Shown here piece after piece: positions 19,908 to 29,447 of a DNA stretch of 64,000 nucleotides. Every line of letters starts with the position of its first letter. Within the stretch, counting starts at the first letter, position 1. The notes below the pieces were generated by a model. It worked only from the letters and a program-made list of their open reading frames with translations. It had not been told where the DNA came from and ran no database searches. The stretch spans positions 1 through 64,000 of IMG/VR virus record IMGVR_UViG_3300020045_007300; one strand, 5' to 3'. This DNA comes from a virus. The position numbers were made by a program, and so were the translations under genes.

Positions 19908-20326
19908 AACCGATACCGCCGACTTTGCCCTGACCTCAGGTCTGCAATTATTGATTTCCCTTGATCATCAAAGCCTGTTATTAACGCTAACAGGCTTTTA
20001 AACTCGTCCTCTGTTCGATTACCTTTACTTTGATTGATACGAGCATCAGTTACACCTAGGTTAAACACCTGAAAACTACCGCCCCTCGATACTGGAATGC
20101 GATGGTCGAACTCAATCTTGCCAATCGGCACTAACGCCCCTGTTAAATAACACGTCAAATAAGCCCGTTTACGCTTAATTGTTATTGGCTGCAATGTTAG
20201 CCATTCTGTAAATTCACGCGGCATAGGTACGTTTGATACGGGAATACCCAGCTTCTTAGCCCTACTCAGACAATTTGTACGGAAAGCTGAACATTTTCGC
20301 TTGATGGTTTCGTGTGTGAGTTCCAT
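19904..20326 (-). CDS. HNH endonuclease
   Basis: CYLTG..EFDHRIPVSRGG..NL..NQSKG. Confidence 0.85.
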   Translation of the reverse strand: MELTHETIKRKCSAFRTNCLSRAKKLGIPVSNVPMPREFTEWLTLQPITIKRKRAYLTCYLTGALVPIGKIEFDHRIPVSRGGSFQVFNLGVTDARINQSKGNRTEDEFKSLLALITGFDDQGKSIIADLRSGQSRRYRF

Positions 20327-20353
20327 TGTTGTTCCTTGGTGAAAATGATATTA

Positions 20354-20496
20354 TTGCACAAAAGTAAAATCATGATAAACTTACCTTAGTTTTGAAGTTT
20401 TCTGTGGTGGAAAAAGTTCAAAACTGAAAATAAGTTTTATTCTAAAGAACCCGCCTTGTAGTTGTCCACCACCGACTGCTTGAGTGGGTTTTTTTG
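20354..20496 (+). promoter_or_regulatory. Promoter plus two-hairpin leader with complementary loops and U-tract
   Basis: Loop 1 GTGGTGGA (20404-20411) is complementary to loop 2 TCCACCAC (20465-20472); hairpin 2 ends GGGTTTTTTT. Confidence 0.65.
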
Positions 20497-20515
20497 TGAC
20501 CACAGGAAAAATACA

Positions 20516-21235
20516 ATGAATACCACTGAATTAGAAATATTCAAATCACAAACAATGTCATCAATTGAAATCGCTAAATTGACTGGCAAAAATCATGACC
20601 ATGTATTGCGAGATATTCGCGTACAATTATTCACTGGTCTTTATAATATTGAATTTGATAATCCAAAAATGGTTTATCCATTAATTCAAGGACTTACAGT
20701 TATTACGGATAATCACACAAAACGTACAAAAGAAATCCTACTTGACCACGAGCATACCTTAACACTCATGACAGGTTATGACGTTAAGGCGCGTCATAAA
20801 ATAAATAAGCGTTGGATTGAACTCGAAGCTGCACAGCCAAAAGTACCGACAAACTACCTTGAAGCACTTGTTGCCTTGGTACAATCAGAAACCGAAAAAC
20901 AATCATTACAGAATAAAATTGAAACCGAAAAGCCAAAAGTGGAATTTGCGGAAACCATCCGTAACACCGATGGTAAAGTATCAGTTGGTGATTTTGCAAA
21001 AGTTATCGGAACTAGTCAAAACAGATTGTTTGAGCGATTGCGTAATGACGGTTTTTTAATGGCAAACAACCGCCCTTATCAACATTCCATTGACCGTGAA
21101 CTTCTGGTATCCATTGAGCAAAAACCGCACGTTTACAATAACGGTAATCCCATCCAAGTTTTAAGACGCTTATTACTGGCAAAGGACAGGTTTATTTTGA
21201 AAAACGTTACAGAAAAGATGTTTTGTAATAACTGA
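20516..21235 (+). CDS. Rha-family regulator with ANT/KilAC C-terminus; frameshift near 21146
   Basis: MSSIEIAKLTGKNHDHVLRDIR; KPKVEFAE; the conserved ITGKGQVYF lies in another frame. Confidence 0.85.
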   Translation: MNTTELEIFKSQTMSSIEIAKLTGKNHDHVLRDIRVQLFTGLYNIEFDNPKMVYPLIQGLTVITDNHTKRTKEILLDHEHTLTLMTGYDVKARHKINKRWIELEAAQPKVPTNYLEALVALVQSETEKQSLQNKIETEKPKVEFAETIRNTDGKVSVGDFAKVIGTSQNRLFERLRNDGFLMANNRPYQHSIDRELLVSIEQKPHVYNNGNPIQVLRRLLLAKDRFILKNVTEKMFCNN

Positions 21236-21308
21236 TTGTTATGTTGACAGATTTATTTTTAATCTGTAAATTGTATTTTTATTTTTATTAATTCATTAGG
21301 AAAAAACA

Positions 21309-21482
21309 ATGACTAGGCAAGATGCGGCAAAATTAAAATTGAGACGGTACAGCACTGGTAAGCCATGCAGGTACGGTCATAAATCCGACAGATTTACTCT
21401 TGACGGTTCGTGCGTTGAGTGCAGAAGATTAACATCGGAAAAACAGCGGTTGTTTTATAAAGACGCTCTTGCTGGAGTTTAA
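21309..21482 (+). CDS. Small Zn-binding protein (57 aa, not in ORF track)
   Basis: YSTGKPCRYGH..R..CVEC motif; AGGA RBS. Confidence 0.65.
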   Translation: MTRQDAAKLKLRRYSTGKPCRYGHKSDRFTLDGSCVECRRLTSEKQRLFYKDALAGV

Positions 21483-21483
21483 A

Positions 21484-22494
21484 ATGAGTTTTCAATCAAC
21501 AAGCCATCAACTAAGTGTTGACGTTGCTGTTAAGTACGGCATCGAAGAAGCCCTTATTATCAGCAATTTTCAATTCTGGATTAACAAGAATTATAGCGAC
21601 GGTATCAATAAACATGATGACAGAACGTGGACGTACAACACGACTGAATCATTAGCAAAACTGTTTCCTTACATGACTACAAGAGCCGTTCGTTATGCGC
21701 TTGATGGACTGGTAAAAAAAGGTGTTCTAATTAAAGGAAATTACAACAAGGCGGGGTATGATAGAACCGCTTGGTATGCTTTTTTTGATGAAAAAACGTG
21801 GCTATACACCGTAGCGTCTGATTTGACAAAAACGGCAAATGGATTTGACAAAAACGTCAATTCCCATTTGACAAAAACGGCAAATGGATTTGACAAAAAC
21901 GTCCAACCTATACCAGATAATAAACCAGATAGAAAACAACAGATAGAAAACACAAATAAAGAGATAAGCGAAAACGCAAAAAGCGCGTTTGTCGCACCCG
22001 AACTTGAAAAACCAAAAGTAAAAGCTGAAAAACCAAAGCCGTACTACGAAACTGTAGAACTGCCCTTGTTTATTGACCGTCAATTATTTTTAAACTGGCA
22101 CGAAATGAGAATAGTTAAGAACGGTAATGGAAAATCAAAGCTAACTGAGAATGCGGTAAATCTGCAAATAAAAAGGCTTTCTGCACTTGAGCAAGATGGA
22201 TACCCAGCAAACCAATGTCTATTAATTTTGAGTGAAACAGGCTGGTTAGGTGTTACCCCAGAGGGATGTATTAAGCAAATCAACGAGTCAAGAAATCGTC
22301 AGGCACAAAAAAACCCCAACAGTGCTACCAACATCAGTCAGGGCTTACAATATCAAGCTAACAAATCAGGTGTAAATTATGGCACAAAAAAACCACCTCA
22401 GCACGAATTTTATGCACTTGATCGCAATGGCGACTCAAATGCTATCGATTCAACAGCTATTCCCGTTGATGTTAAACGTATTGGAGCATTGTAA
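21484..22494 (+). CDS. Replication initiator (lambda O-like, winged helix)
   Basis: AVKYGIEEALII..WTYNT..NYNKAGYDRTAWY N-terminus; internal iterons. Confidence 0.85.
   Translation: MSFQSTSHQLSVDVAVKYGIEEALIISNFQFWINKNYSDGINKHDDRTWTYNTTESLAKLFPYMTTRAVRYALDGLVKKGVLIKGNYNKAGYDRTAWYAFFDEKTWLYTVASDLTKTANGFDKNVNSHLTKTANGFDKNVQPIPDNKPDRKQQIENTNKEISENAKSAFVAPELEKPKVKAEKPKPYYETVELPLFIDRQLFLNWHEMRIVKNGNGKSKLTENAVNLQIKRLSALEQDGYPANQCLLILSETGWLGVTPEGCIKQINESRNRQAQKNPNSATNISQGLQYQANKSGVNYGTKKPPQHEFYALDRNGDSNAIDSTAIPVDVKRIGAL
21821..21901 (+). repeat. Four iterons ATTTGACAAAAACG (putative replication origin)
   Basis: Exact copies start at 21821, 21843, 21866 and 21888 within the initiator gene, followed by an A-rich tract. 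Confidence 0.85.
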
Positions 22495-23276
22495 TGATTG
22501 ATGCCGATTTTATTCCATTCTGTGAGGTCTGGACAGCAACGCATGATGTTATGCCATTTGGCAAAGTTTTTACCCAAAAGCACATGGTTTTGATATTTGA
22601 GGATTTGGAACATTACCAGTTCGATATTATCAAGCAAGCGATAAAACGCCATAGACAAACCGCTAAAGCAGCTCCAGCGGTTTATGATATTATTGAAATT
22701 ATCAATGATTCGTTTGGCAACAAGCATCTTGGCGTAGAGGAAGCGTGGGCATTGGCTCAAAACTTATTTGATGAAAATGCCACCGTTGTTATCACTGACG
22801 AGATTATGGCGGCGTGGGGCGTTGCTGAATGCGTCTATCCAGATAAAATCGGCGCGAGAATGGCATTTAAAGAAAAATACCTAGCCATTATCAAAACCGC
22901 ACCTGGGCCTAAATGGTGGGCAACGCAAGGAGATAGTAGAGAACAACGCATATCAGCAATCAGTCAGGCAGTCGATTTAGGGCGATTAACACATGAGAGG
23001 GCTAGTCAGTTATGTTTGGGTTATGATAAGCCTATAACGACTGTTTCTGGACTACTTGAATCGGCAGTTAAAAAAACCAACGTGATTAATGCAAAAGAAC
23101 ACTGGGAAAATATCGGTAATTTACTTAATGCACCGCCGACAGAAAAAAGCAAAACAGACTTACTGAAAGAGCATGACGAAGCGGTTAAGGAAAAATCACG
23201 ACTTGCGATTGCCGAGCTTAAAAGATTGCATCCAGACGAGTTCACTAAGTCGGAGGATTCTACTAATGGCAAATAA
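22494..23276 (+). CDS. Helicase loader / replication P-like protein
   Basis: Follows the initiator; EEAWALA..ATVVIT..ARMAFKEKY motif. Confidence 0.7.
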   Translation: MIDADFIPFCEVWTATHDVMPFGKVFTQKHMVLIFEDLEHYQFDIIKQAIKRHRQTAKAAPAVYDIIEIINDSFGNKHLGVEEAWALAQNLFDENATVVITDEIMAAWGVAECVYPDKIGARMAFKEKYLAIIKTAPGPKWWATQGDSREQRISAISQAVDLGRLTHERASQLCLGYDKPITTVSGLLESAVKKTNVINAKEHWENIGNLLNAPPTEKSKTDLLKEHDEAVKEKSRLAIAELKRLHPDEFTKSEDSTNGK

Positions 23277-23589
23277 TAAACCGAATGGAATTATATTCTC
23301 CGAAGAAAAAAAATGCGTAGTTTGCGGCGAACCAGTAGCAGATATTCATGATAAATTTTGCTCAAAAAAATGCGTGGACATTAAAAACGAAACGGCTTTT
23401 CAGAAAACTTTTGACGCTAAAAAGTATCGTGCGGAAAATAAAAAACGTATTTCAGAAGTAGCAAAAAAGCGTTACGACGAAAACAAGGAAAGAATACTCG
23501 CTCAGAAAAAGCAGTATTACGAAGCAAACAGAGAAATCATTTTGGCAAAATTAAAAGCAAAGAGGGGTAAAGCATGCGTGATAAACTAA
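23266..23589 (+). CDS. Zn-finger basic hypothetical protein
   Basis: CVVCG..FCSKKC; YxENKERI repeats. Confidence 0.6.
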   Translation: MANNKPNGIIFSEEKKCVVCGEPVADIHDKFCSKKCVDIKNETAFQKTFDAKKYRAENKKRISEVAKKRYDENKERILAQKKQYYEANREIILAKLKAKRGKACVIN

Positions 23590-23795
23590 AACAAAAATTA
23601 ACAACCGCACACGCGGCACTAGGCTATGCAATCACCACTGGTAACGGCATTCACGAAGCATCAATTGCGTGGGATAAAGCCACTGATGATTATTACGCAT
23701 TGCTTGACGCTGAATGTATCACTCAAGCTGTCGAAAGTTACATTGCCCAATGCAATGAGAAAGACAATAAAGAAAACACGCTACTGGAGCTATGA
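23574..23795 (+). CDS. Hypothetical protein
   Basis: Translationally coupled ORF. Confidence 0.55.
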   Translation: MRDKLKQKLTTAHAALGYAITTGNGIHEASIAWDKATDDYYALLDAECITQAVESYIAQCNEKDNKENTLLEL

Positions 23796-24415
23796 ATATG
23801 AAAGTTTTAATCGCTTGTGAGGAGTCTCAGACTGTTTGCAAGGCATTTAGGCTGTTAGGTCATGATGCTTTTAGTTGTGACCTTTTGCCGCCAAGTGGAG
23901 GACATCCTGAATGGCACTTGCAGAAGGATGTTTTAGAAATTTTGGACGATGAGTGGGATTTAATTATTGCCCATCCTGAGTGTACGCGGCTCACAGTAAC
24001 AGCAAACAAATGGTATAAACCAGAGTATGCGCACCGCTTCCCGACAATACATGAAGATAGAAAAAAAGCAGTTGAATTTTTTATGATGATGGTTAATGCA
24101 GATTGTCCCAGAATTGCCATTGAGAATCCTATCGGCATAATGTCAACCAGATACAGAAAGCCAGATCAGATAATTCAGCCGTATCAGTTTGGACATAATG
24201 AACGTAAAGCTACTTGTTTATGGCTAAAAGGATTGCCAAAGTTAGTACCTACTGAGATAGTAGAGCCTGATATTGTTAAGTTTAAATCAGGTAAAACCAT
24301 GAGTAAATGCCATTTAGACGCTTGCAAATTACCGAAAGAAGAACGCAGGAAACAAAGAAGCGTTACATTCCAAGGAATTGCGGACGCAATGGCTAAGCAA
24401 TGGGGCAGTTTGTGA
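23792..24415 (+). CDS. Phage DNA cytosine methyltransferase-like protein
   Basis: KVLIACEES, DLIIAHPECT, IAIENP, QPYQFG and KATCLWLKGLP motifs. Confidence 0.8.
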   Translation: MNMKVLIACEESQTVCKAFRLLGHDAFSCDLLPPSGGHPEWHLQKDVLEILDDEWDLIIAHPECTRLTVTANKWYKPEYAHRFPTIHEDRKKAVEFFMMMVNADCPRIAIENPIGIMSTRYRKPDQIIQPYQFGHNERKATCLWLKGLPKLVPTEIVEPDIVKFKSGKTMSKCHLDACKLPKEERRKQRSVTFQGIADAMAKQWGSL

Positions 24416-24648
24416 ATTACCAAGATGAACTTAAAAAAATGAAACCTTCGCAAAAAGAGCTAATGCTTGATACAATCAAACTTGCTGGAATTGCAAGAAT
24501 GACAAGCGGAAACTGGCAACAGGTTTTCTTAAACGCTAAAAACAAAACAATATCGCCGCGTGTTAAATCGCTTCTACAAGCGTTTGCAGACACAGCGGAT
24601 ATAGATTCGGCGATAGACGCTTTTATGTCTGTTATGCCACAAAAATAG
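24412..24648 (+). CDS. Hypothetical protein
   Basis: Translationally coupled ORF. Confidence 0.55.
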   Translation: MNYQDELKKMKPSQKELMLDTIKLAGIARMTSGNWQQVFLNAKNKTISPRVKSLLQAFADTADIDSAIDAFMSVMPQK

Positions 24649-24657
24649 AGGTTATTT

Positions 24658-25086
24658 ATGGGTGATTTTTTTAAAAACGACAAACACAACCTTTTTGCAT
24701 TAGGCATTCTTTTTGTGATTTTTATTTTATTAAGCGCGACAGATTCAGAAGCAGGAGAGCGCGAGTGCTTATCAAAAATAGCTTACGCCGAAAGCAGAGG
24801 TGAAAGTGTACTAGGAACAATGGCAGTAATGCACTCATCGGTTAATCATGCAAGACAGATTAAATCGTCAGTGTGCAAAGTTCCTGCGGTGCAGTCATCA
24901 ATTCCTGACGATTTGAAACAAGCGTATTTGGCACTTGCTGGTTTGGTTTTGCGTGGCGGAAACCCAGACCCAAGTAAGGGTGCAAATTCTTGGCGTGGCA
25001 AAGGTGGCAAGGCTAAAGGTGGCAAGGTTACCGCACATATTGGAAGTCACAGATTTTCAAAAGTTATTCACTTGGCAAATAGATAG
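24658..25086 (+). CDS. SleB/Hydrolase_2-like cell wall hydrolase with N-terminal TM/signal
   Basis: CLSKIAYAESRGE, DPSKGA, IGSHRF. Confidence 0.8.
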   Translation: MGDFFKNDKHNLFALGILFVIFILLSATDSEAGERECLSKIAYAESRGESVLGTMAVMHSSVNHARQIKSSVCKVPAVQSSIPDDLKQAYLALAGLVLRGGNPDPSKGANSWRGKGGKAKGGKVTAHIGSHRFSKVIHLANR

Positions 25087-25093
25087 GCGTATA

Positions 25094-25327
25094 ATGCAAA
25101 GTAAAAAACAATCGATAATAGAAAGCATAACAAATACCACTATCGGTTACATTGTAGCTTTATTGTCGCAACTAGCTATATTCCCAATGTTTGACATACA
25201 TATTTCATTTTCTGATAATTTAGCAATAACCGCATATTTTACAGTCATTTCGTTGATTCGCAGTTATGTTGTTAGGCGTTGGTTTAACAGGAAAGCAGTA
25301 GAGAATTGCGTGAGAATATATGAGTGA
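25094..25327 (+). CDS. Conserved two-TM phage membrane protein
   Basis: MQSKKQSIIESITN..RSYVVRRWFN. Confidence 0.8.
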   Translation: MQSKKQSIIESITNTTIGYIVALLSQLAIFPMFDIHISFSDNLAITAYFTVISLIRSYVVRRWFNRKAVENCVRIYE

Positions 25328-25589
25328 ATTTACAGAAGACCAGCAAGCACTTTACGATTTAATGTCTGATTTATCGGAAGAACATTATTTTGCTGGGTGG
25401 ATATGTGACTGCGAAACTTAGCTATGGAATCGGTTAAAAGGAGTTACTAATGGTAATTACAATATCACTGACGCGCAAAAGCAAGAATTGAAATTAGCAG
25501 CGGATAAAGCGCAAGGTTGGATTGTCTGGAATGATGAAATAGACGACCCTGAATTTTTAACCTTTGAGCAATGGAACGATAGGTTGTGA
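25320..25589 (+). pseudogene. Conserved small protein interrupted by in-frame TAG (25419-25421)
   Basis: MSDLSEEHYFAGWICDCET*LWNRL..GWIVW..EQW; the frame continues to a TGA overlapping the next gene start. Confidence 0.7.
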
Positions 25590-25873
25590 GCAACACCACG
25601 CTATCTGACCGCATAAGACGAGCGGGGTTTGAATTACGACTAACGTACTGCAAAAATAATAAGCCAAATGGCTACACTATTAAGCCATTCAATAAATTAT
25701 CAGATTCACAAAAGCAATTCAGTTTAGACAATAAACCAGCAATCATAAAAGAGCTGGTTTATTTATCCGAAAAGTATATTGATGATAGGCATTATTGCCG
25801 CGAATACTCACAAAGATGTAAATCAATTATTGATGATAGACCAAGGCGATGTGATAAATTTGTATCAAGATAG
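25586..25873 (+). CDS. Hypothetical protein
   Basis: KLSDSQKQF..NKPAII..DDRHYC. Confidence 0.55.
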   Translation: MSNTTLSDRIRRAGFELRLTYCKNNKPNGYTIKPFNKLSDSQKQFSLDNKPAIIKELVYLSEKYIDDRHYCREYSQRCKSIIDDRPRRCDKFVSR

Positions 25874-25933
25874 CGGTAGATACCAAGTTGTTTTTTGGTA
25901 TAATATGTTTAAATTAATTTTTGGATGTAAAGA

Positions 25934-26518
25934 GTGATTAGATTCTTAAAGAGAAAGTTTCCAAAGGTATTCATACCTAAAGGCTTATTGTCATATAACG
26001 ACCTGTGCATATTGGTTGAGTTAGGCGTTATTGACGCGCCTATCAATCATGTGAACGGTAGCAGCATTGATGTAACACTTGATAAATATATCCGTGTGGA
26101 GGATATGTCTGGCAGTATGGATAAGGTCAATTTAATGGCAGGTGAAACCATTAAAACTAAAGAAATTGAATTGACTAGCTATGAATATATGATGCCAGAT
26201 GCTGTTTTACTGGGCAGTACCGCAGAAGCATTAAACCTGCCATCTTGGTTGTCGGCTGATTTTTCATTAAAAAGCAGTGTTGGTAGGTCTTTCTTAGGTC
26301 ATGAATTAGCAGGATGGTGTGATGCTTGGTTTAAAGGCAAGGTTACACTTGAGCTTAAAAACAATAATCAGTTTCATAAGTTGATATTGTCAGAGGGATT
26401 AAAAGTCGGTCAAATTAAATTCTGGAAACATAGCCCAGTACCGCGCAATAAAGGTTATGCGGTGCGAGGGCAGTACATGAACCAAACCAAAGTACAGCGA
26501 TCAAAGGGGGTAAGATGA
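25934..26518 (+). CDS. dcd: dCTP deaminase
   Basis: SSIDVTL, LKSSVGR, AGWCDAWFKGKVTLEL, GQI and GQY motifs. Confidence 0.9.
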   Translation: MIRFLKRKFPKVFIPKGLLSYNDLCILVELGVIDAPINHVNGSSIDVTLDKYIRVEDMSGSMDKVNLMAGETIKTKEIELTSYEYMMPDAVLLGSTAEALNLPSWLSADFSLKSSVGRSFLGHELAGWCDAWFKGKVTLELKNNNQFHKLILSEGLKVGQIKFWKHSPVPRNKGYAVRGQYMNQTKVQRSKGVR

Positions 26519-26979
26519 TTAGCATAGAAAAAATGATTTCCAGTGATGAGGGGAAAAAACTAACTGTTTACCGCTGCACTCGCGGATTTAAGACCGTTGG
26601 CATCGGTCACAATTTAGACGCAGACGGCGCACTTGATATTCTAAAAAGACAACTGAACATCGGCGACAAGATTGCTGAAGCAGAATGCTCAGCTCTTTTT
26701 AAGCGAGACTTAGATAATGTTTATGCTGGTATCAAGCGCAATATGCCTTTCTTTGATGCGCTTGATGACAAATACAAGCCTGTCATTATCAATATGATTT
26801 TCCAAATGGGTATTAACGGCGTGATGGCATTTAAAAACACATTACAGGCAATGCGTGATAATAACTCACAAAAAGCGATAGCTGGCATTAGAGCCAGTAA
26901 ATACCACTCACAAACGCCAGAACGTGCTGAACGCATGGTGTCGTTGATTGCAGGTAAAAAGGTTAAAGAATATGAGTAG
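26515..26979 (+). CDS. T4-like lysozyme (GH24) endolysin
   Basis: DEG..VYRCTRGFKTVGIGH, NMIFQMG, QTPERAER. Confidence 0.92.
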   Translation: MISIEKMISSDEGKKLTVYRCTRGFKTVGIGHNLDADGALDILKRQLNIGDKIAEAECSALFKRDLDNVYAGIKRNMPFFDALDDKYKPVIINMIFQMGINGVMAFKNTLQAMRDNNSQKAIAGIRASKYHSQTPERAERMVSLIAGKKVKEYE

Positions 26980-27081
26980 TAGTTATGAAAAAATTAAGCA
27001 TGGAATTAATAATGATACTGGTGGATGGGTAACCGCTGTTTTTTGTATTTTGGTGATAGCTTTTTTTATGGAAGCGATGAA

Positions 27082-27480
27082 ATGAGCAATCCTTATCAAA
27101 AACTAGGCGATTATGACCCTTTCGGTGTAGCACATCGTTTTAATCTTCCCTTTGCATTAGCCGAGGCTTACAAGAAATTAATGTGTGGCGGCATTGATGG
27201 TCGTTTAAAGACAGCAGCACAAGATTACAAAGAAGCGGTATACAGCATTGAGCGCGGCATTAAAGATATTCCAATTTGCAACACTTACGACACAATTAAC
27301 GAGCGAATAAATCCGATATTTGATTTGTATGCAAAGGTTTTTCCAGATGCTAATGAAAATGCGGTTAGTGCGGCAAGGTCTATTTTGTTGTTTGCACAAT
27401 TCAGATCTGAAAGTTATTTACACAATGCTTTGAAATTAGCACAGAAGGCGGTGGAAAATGAGTCCAACAAGAGCAATTGA
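27082..27480 (+). CDS. Hypothetical protein
   Basis: AYKKLMCGG..K..QDYKEAVYSIER motif seen in phage nucleotide-metabolism regions. Confidence 0.6.
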   Translation: MSNPYQKLGDYDPFGVAHRFNLPFALAEAYKKLMCGGIDGRLKTAAQDYKEAVYSIERGIKDIPICNTYDTINERINPIFDLYAKVFPDANENAVSAARSILLFAQFRSESYLHNALKLAQKAVENESNKSN

Positions 27481-27627
27481 AGTAGCAAAGAACCAAATTA
27501 AATGGCAACATAGAGGCGTACCAGTGCCTTTTGAGGAGTTGAATAGCAAGTTACTTATGGAGGCATTGATATGTTTGGTGGATATTGCTGAAAAAGAACT
27601 GAGCGAAGACGCGGCGTGGGTAAGTAA

Positions 27628-28443
27628 ATGAGTCAAATTAGCGCAAAAGTAATTGAAGATAGTATTTCGCTGGACGGTGCAAGATTAACTACACTGGAGT
27701 TGATATATCATCGGTACATTCATGCCGAATTCCTCACCCATCGGATGTTTTCACGCAATGCCAGCTCAAGCCGTGCAATACCGACCCATAAACTGATTGA
27801 ACAGGTTAGAAATAACCCAATGATGCCTGTACACTGGGGGGCGAATCAATCAGGTATGCAAGCGCGTGAAGAAATTAAAAATCATGCTGATTTTGGTCAA
27901 GGTGAATATCAGTGGCGTGGTGCAGCAATGGAAATGGCTAGCAGAGCAGAAACTATGTTGCAGCAAGGTTATCACAAGCAAATAGTAAATAGATTGCTAG
28001 AGCCATTCTTGCCAATACACGTTATTGTGACGGCTACTGAGTGGGATAACTTTTTTTCATTACGGATTCACCCTGATGCACAGCCAGAAATTAACGAACT
28101 GGCTACCAAGATGAAGGCGGCAATGGATAGCTCAGCGCCTAAATTATTAAAGACAGCTTATGATTGGCATTTGCCGTTTGTAACAAACGAAGAACGAAAA
28201 TCTGGACTTGACAATAAAACATTAGCTAAGTTAAGCGCGGCACGGTGCGCTAGAGAGTCATACCTGACTCATTACGGCGAGAATCCAAGTCTTGATAAAG
28301 ACGTAGCACTGTATGATCGGTTAGTAGGCTCTAAGCCTGTTCATGCTTCACCAGTAGAGCATCAAGCGTACCCACTAAGCAATAAAGATGAATGGTGTAG
28401 GAATTTCAGGGGATGGAAACAGTTTAGAAGTTTGATTGACTGA
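27628..28443 (+). CDS. thyX: Flavin-dependent thymidylate synthase
   Basis: THRMFSRNASSSR, HKQIVNRLLEPF, AQPEI, HASPVEHQA. Confidence 0.93.
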   Translation: MSQISAKVIEDSISLDGARLTTLELIYHRYIHAEFLTHRMFSRNASSSRAIPTHKLIEQVRNNPMMPVHWGANQSGMQAREEIKNHADFGQGEYQWRGAAMEMASRAETMLQQGYHKQIVNRLLEPFLPIHVIVTATEWDNFFSLRIHPDAQPEINELATKMKAAMDSSAPKLLKTAYDWHLPFVTNEERKSGLDNKTLAKLSAARCARESYLTHYGENPSLDKDVALYDRLVGSKPVHASPVEHQAYPLSNKDEWCRNFRGWKQFRSLID

Positions 28444-28449
28444 GAGAAT

Positions 28450-28481
28450 AATAGCCCAGAACTTACGAACTGGGCTATTTA
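28450..28481. terminator. Bidirectional intrinsic terminator
   Basis: AATAGCCCAG..CTGGGCTATT between convergent genes. Confidence 0.75.
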
Positions 28482-28501
28482 TTGCCTGAAAAGTCTAAAT
28501 T

Positions 28502-28714
28502 TTATGACGCACCAGCTTGTTCTTTTAAACTTTTTACTTCCTTAGCTAAGACATCAAGTTTTAATTGAATGGTATCATGCACTGTTACGCCATCTAACCA
28601 TTCTTCCCACCAGTCAGCCGTACTATGATAAGCTGCACCTGCCGAATTAAGCATATTAACAATTACATCAACAGATTCGTCACCAGTTTTATTTAAAATA
28701 ATATATCCGCTCAT
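28502..28714 (-). CDS. Hypothetical protein
   Basis: ORF with RBS. Confidence 0.6.
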   Translation of the reverse strand: MSGYIILNKTGDESVDVIVNMLNSAGAAYHSTADWWEEWLDGVTVHDTIQLKLDVLAKEVKSLKEQAGAS

Positions 28715-28721
28715 AAATCAC

Positions 28722-28973
28722 CTATCCAAAAATATCAACTTGGGTAAAAACAGGTTTAGCAGAATGTCTAAACTCACTAAATACCCCATCACTATTAAAA
28801 TACCCGCATTTACCAGTCGGTGAAAACTGATAAAATCAAGATTCTATTGGGTATCTATCACCGCGTAGAATCATCGGTTGTTTTGTGCCATCGGTTTTCA
28901 TATCCCACGCCACCATTAGCACGTCTGATTGACTTAGTAGCCATTGGGTGAATTGGTGCTTAAGATTATTCAT
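28722..28973 (-). pseudogene. Small ORF interrupted by in-frame TGA (28836-28838)
   Basis: MNNLKHQFTQW..YPIES*FYQFSPTGKCGYF..DIFG*; fills the gap between neighbouring genes. Confidence 0.5.
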
Positions 28974-29160
28974 TGGTAATATTCCTTTCGCTTAATTGCC
29001 TTTTCAATATATTTTATTACAAACATAACCTCTCCCTTGGTCGGCCTATTTCCAGAGTCCTCATCGGAAAACATTGATGGCGCATTTTGATAATCAATAG
29101 TTTTTAATTTATGCAGATGCTCTAATTCTGTTTTTCAATTATGAATATGGTGACAACTCA

Positions 29161-29445
29161 TCACATACCCCTTTCAATATCGCGCATTACATCCGATAAC
29201 GTACCATTACCACTAACAAGTCCTTCTACTAGTTCGATTGTGCGTCTATTGCTTGTAATACCACTTAAATCCAGTTTTTTAACATCATTTGATAGGCAGA
29301 TAATAGCCTTTATGTTTGTGCCAGCAATCATCGTTAGCGCGATAAATTCAACGCCGTCATCGTTTTCTGTAAGCAAAGCACCGTCCACGTTGCTTAAGTT
29401 CAGTAGTAAAGTTCCTCTTGTTGATTCAAGTCTTAATGAACCCAT
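29161..29445 (-). CDS. Hypothetical protein
   Basis: ORF with RBS in a minus-strand island. Confidence 0.55.
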   Translation of the reverse strand: MGSLRLESTRGTLLLNLSNVDGALLTENDDGVEFIALTMIAGTNIKAIICLSNDVKKLDLSGITSNRRTIELVEGLVSGNGTLSDVMRDIERGM

Positions 29446-29447
29446 GA

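Noticed and set aside
21821-21901. Short direct repeats as a CRISPR mini-array
   Set aside because: Spacers are only 8-9 bp and partly identical, and the repeats lie inside the initiator gene; these are typical iterons.
25419-28838. Stop-codon reassignment (alternative genetic code)
   Set aside because: TAG and TGA terminate many well-defined genes (lysozyme, tnpB, nrdJb, thyX), long genes are open in code 11, and no suppressor tRNA was seen.
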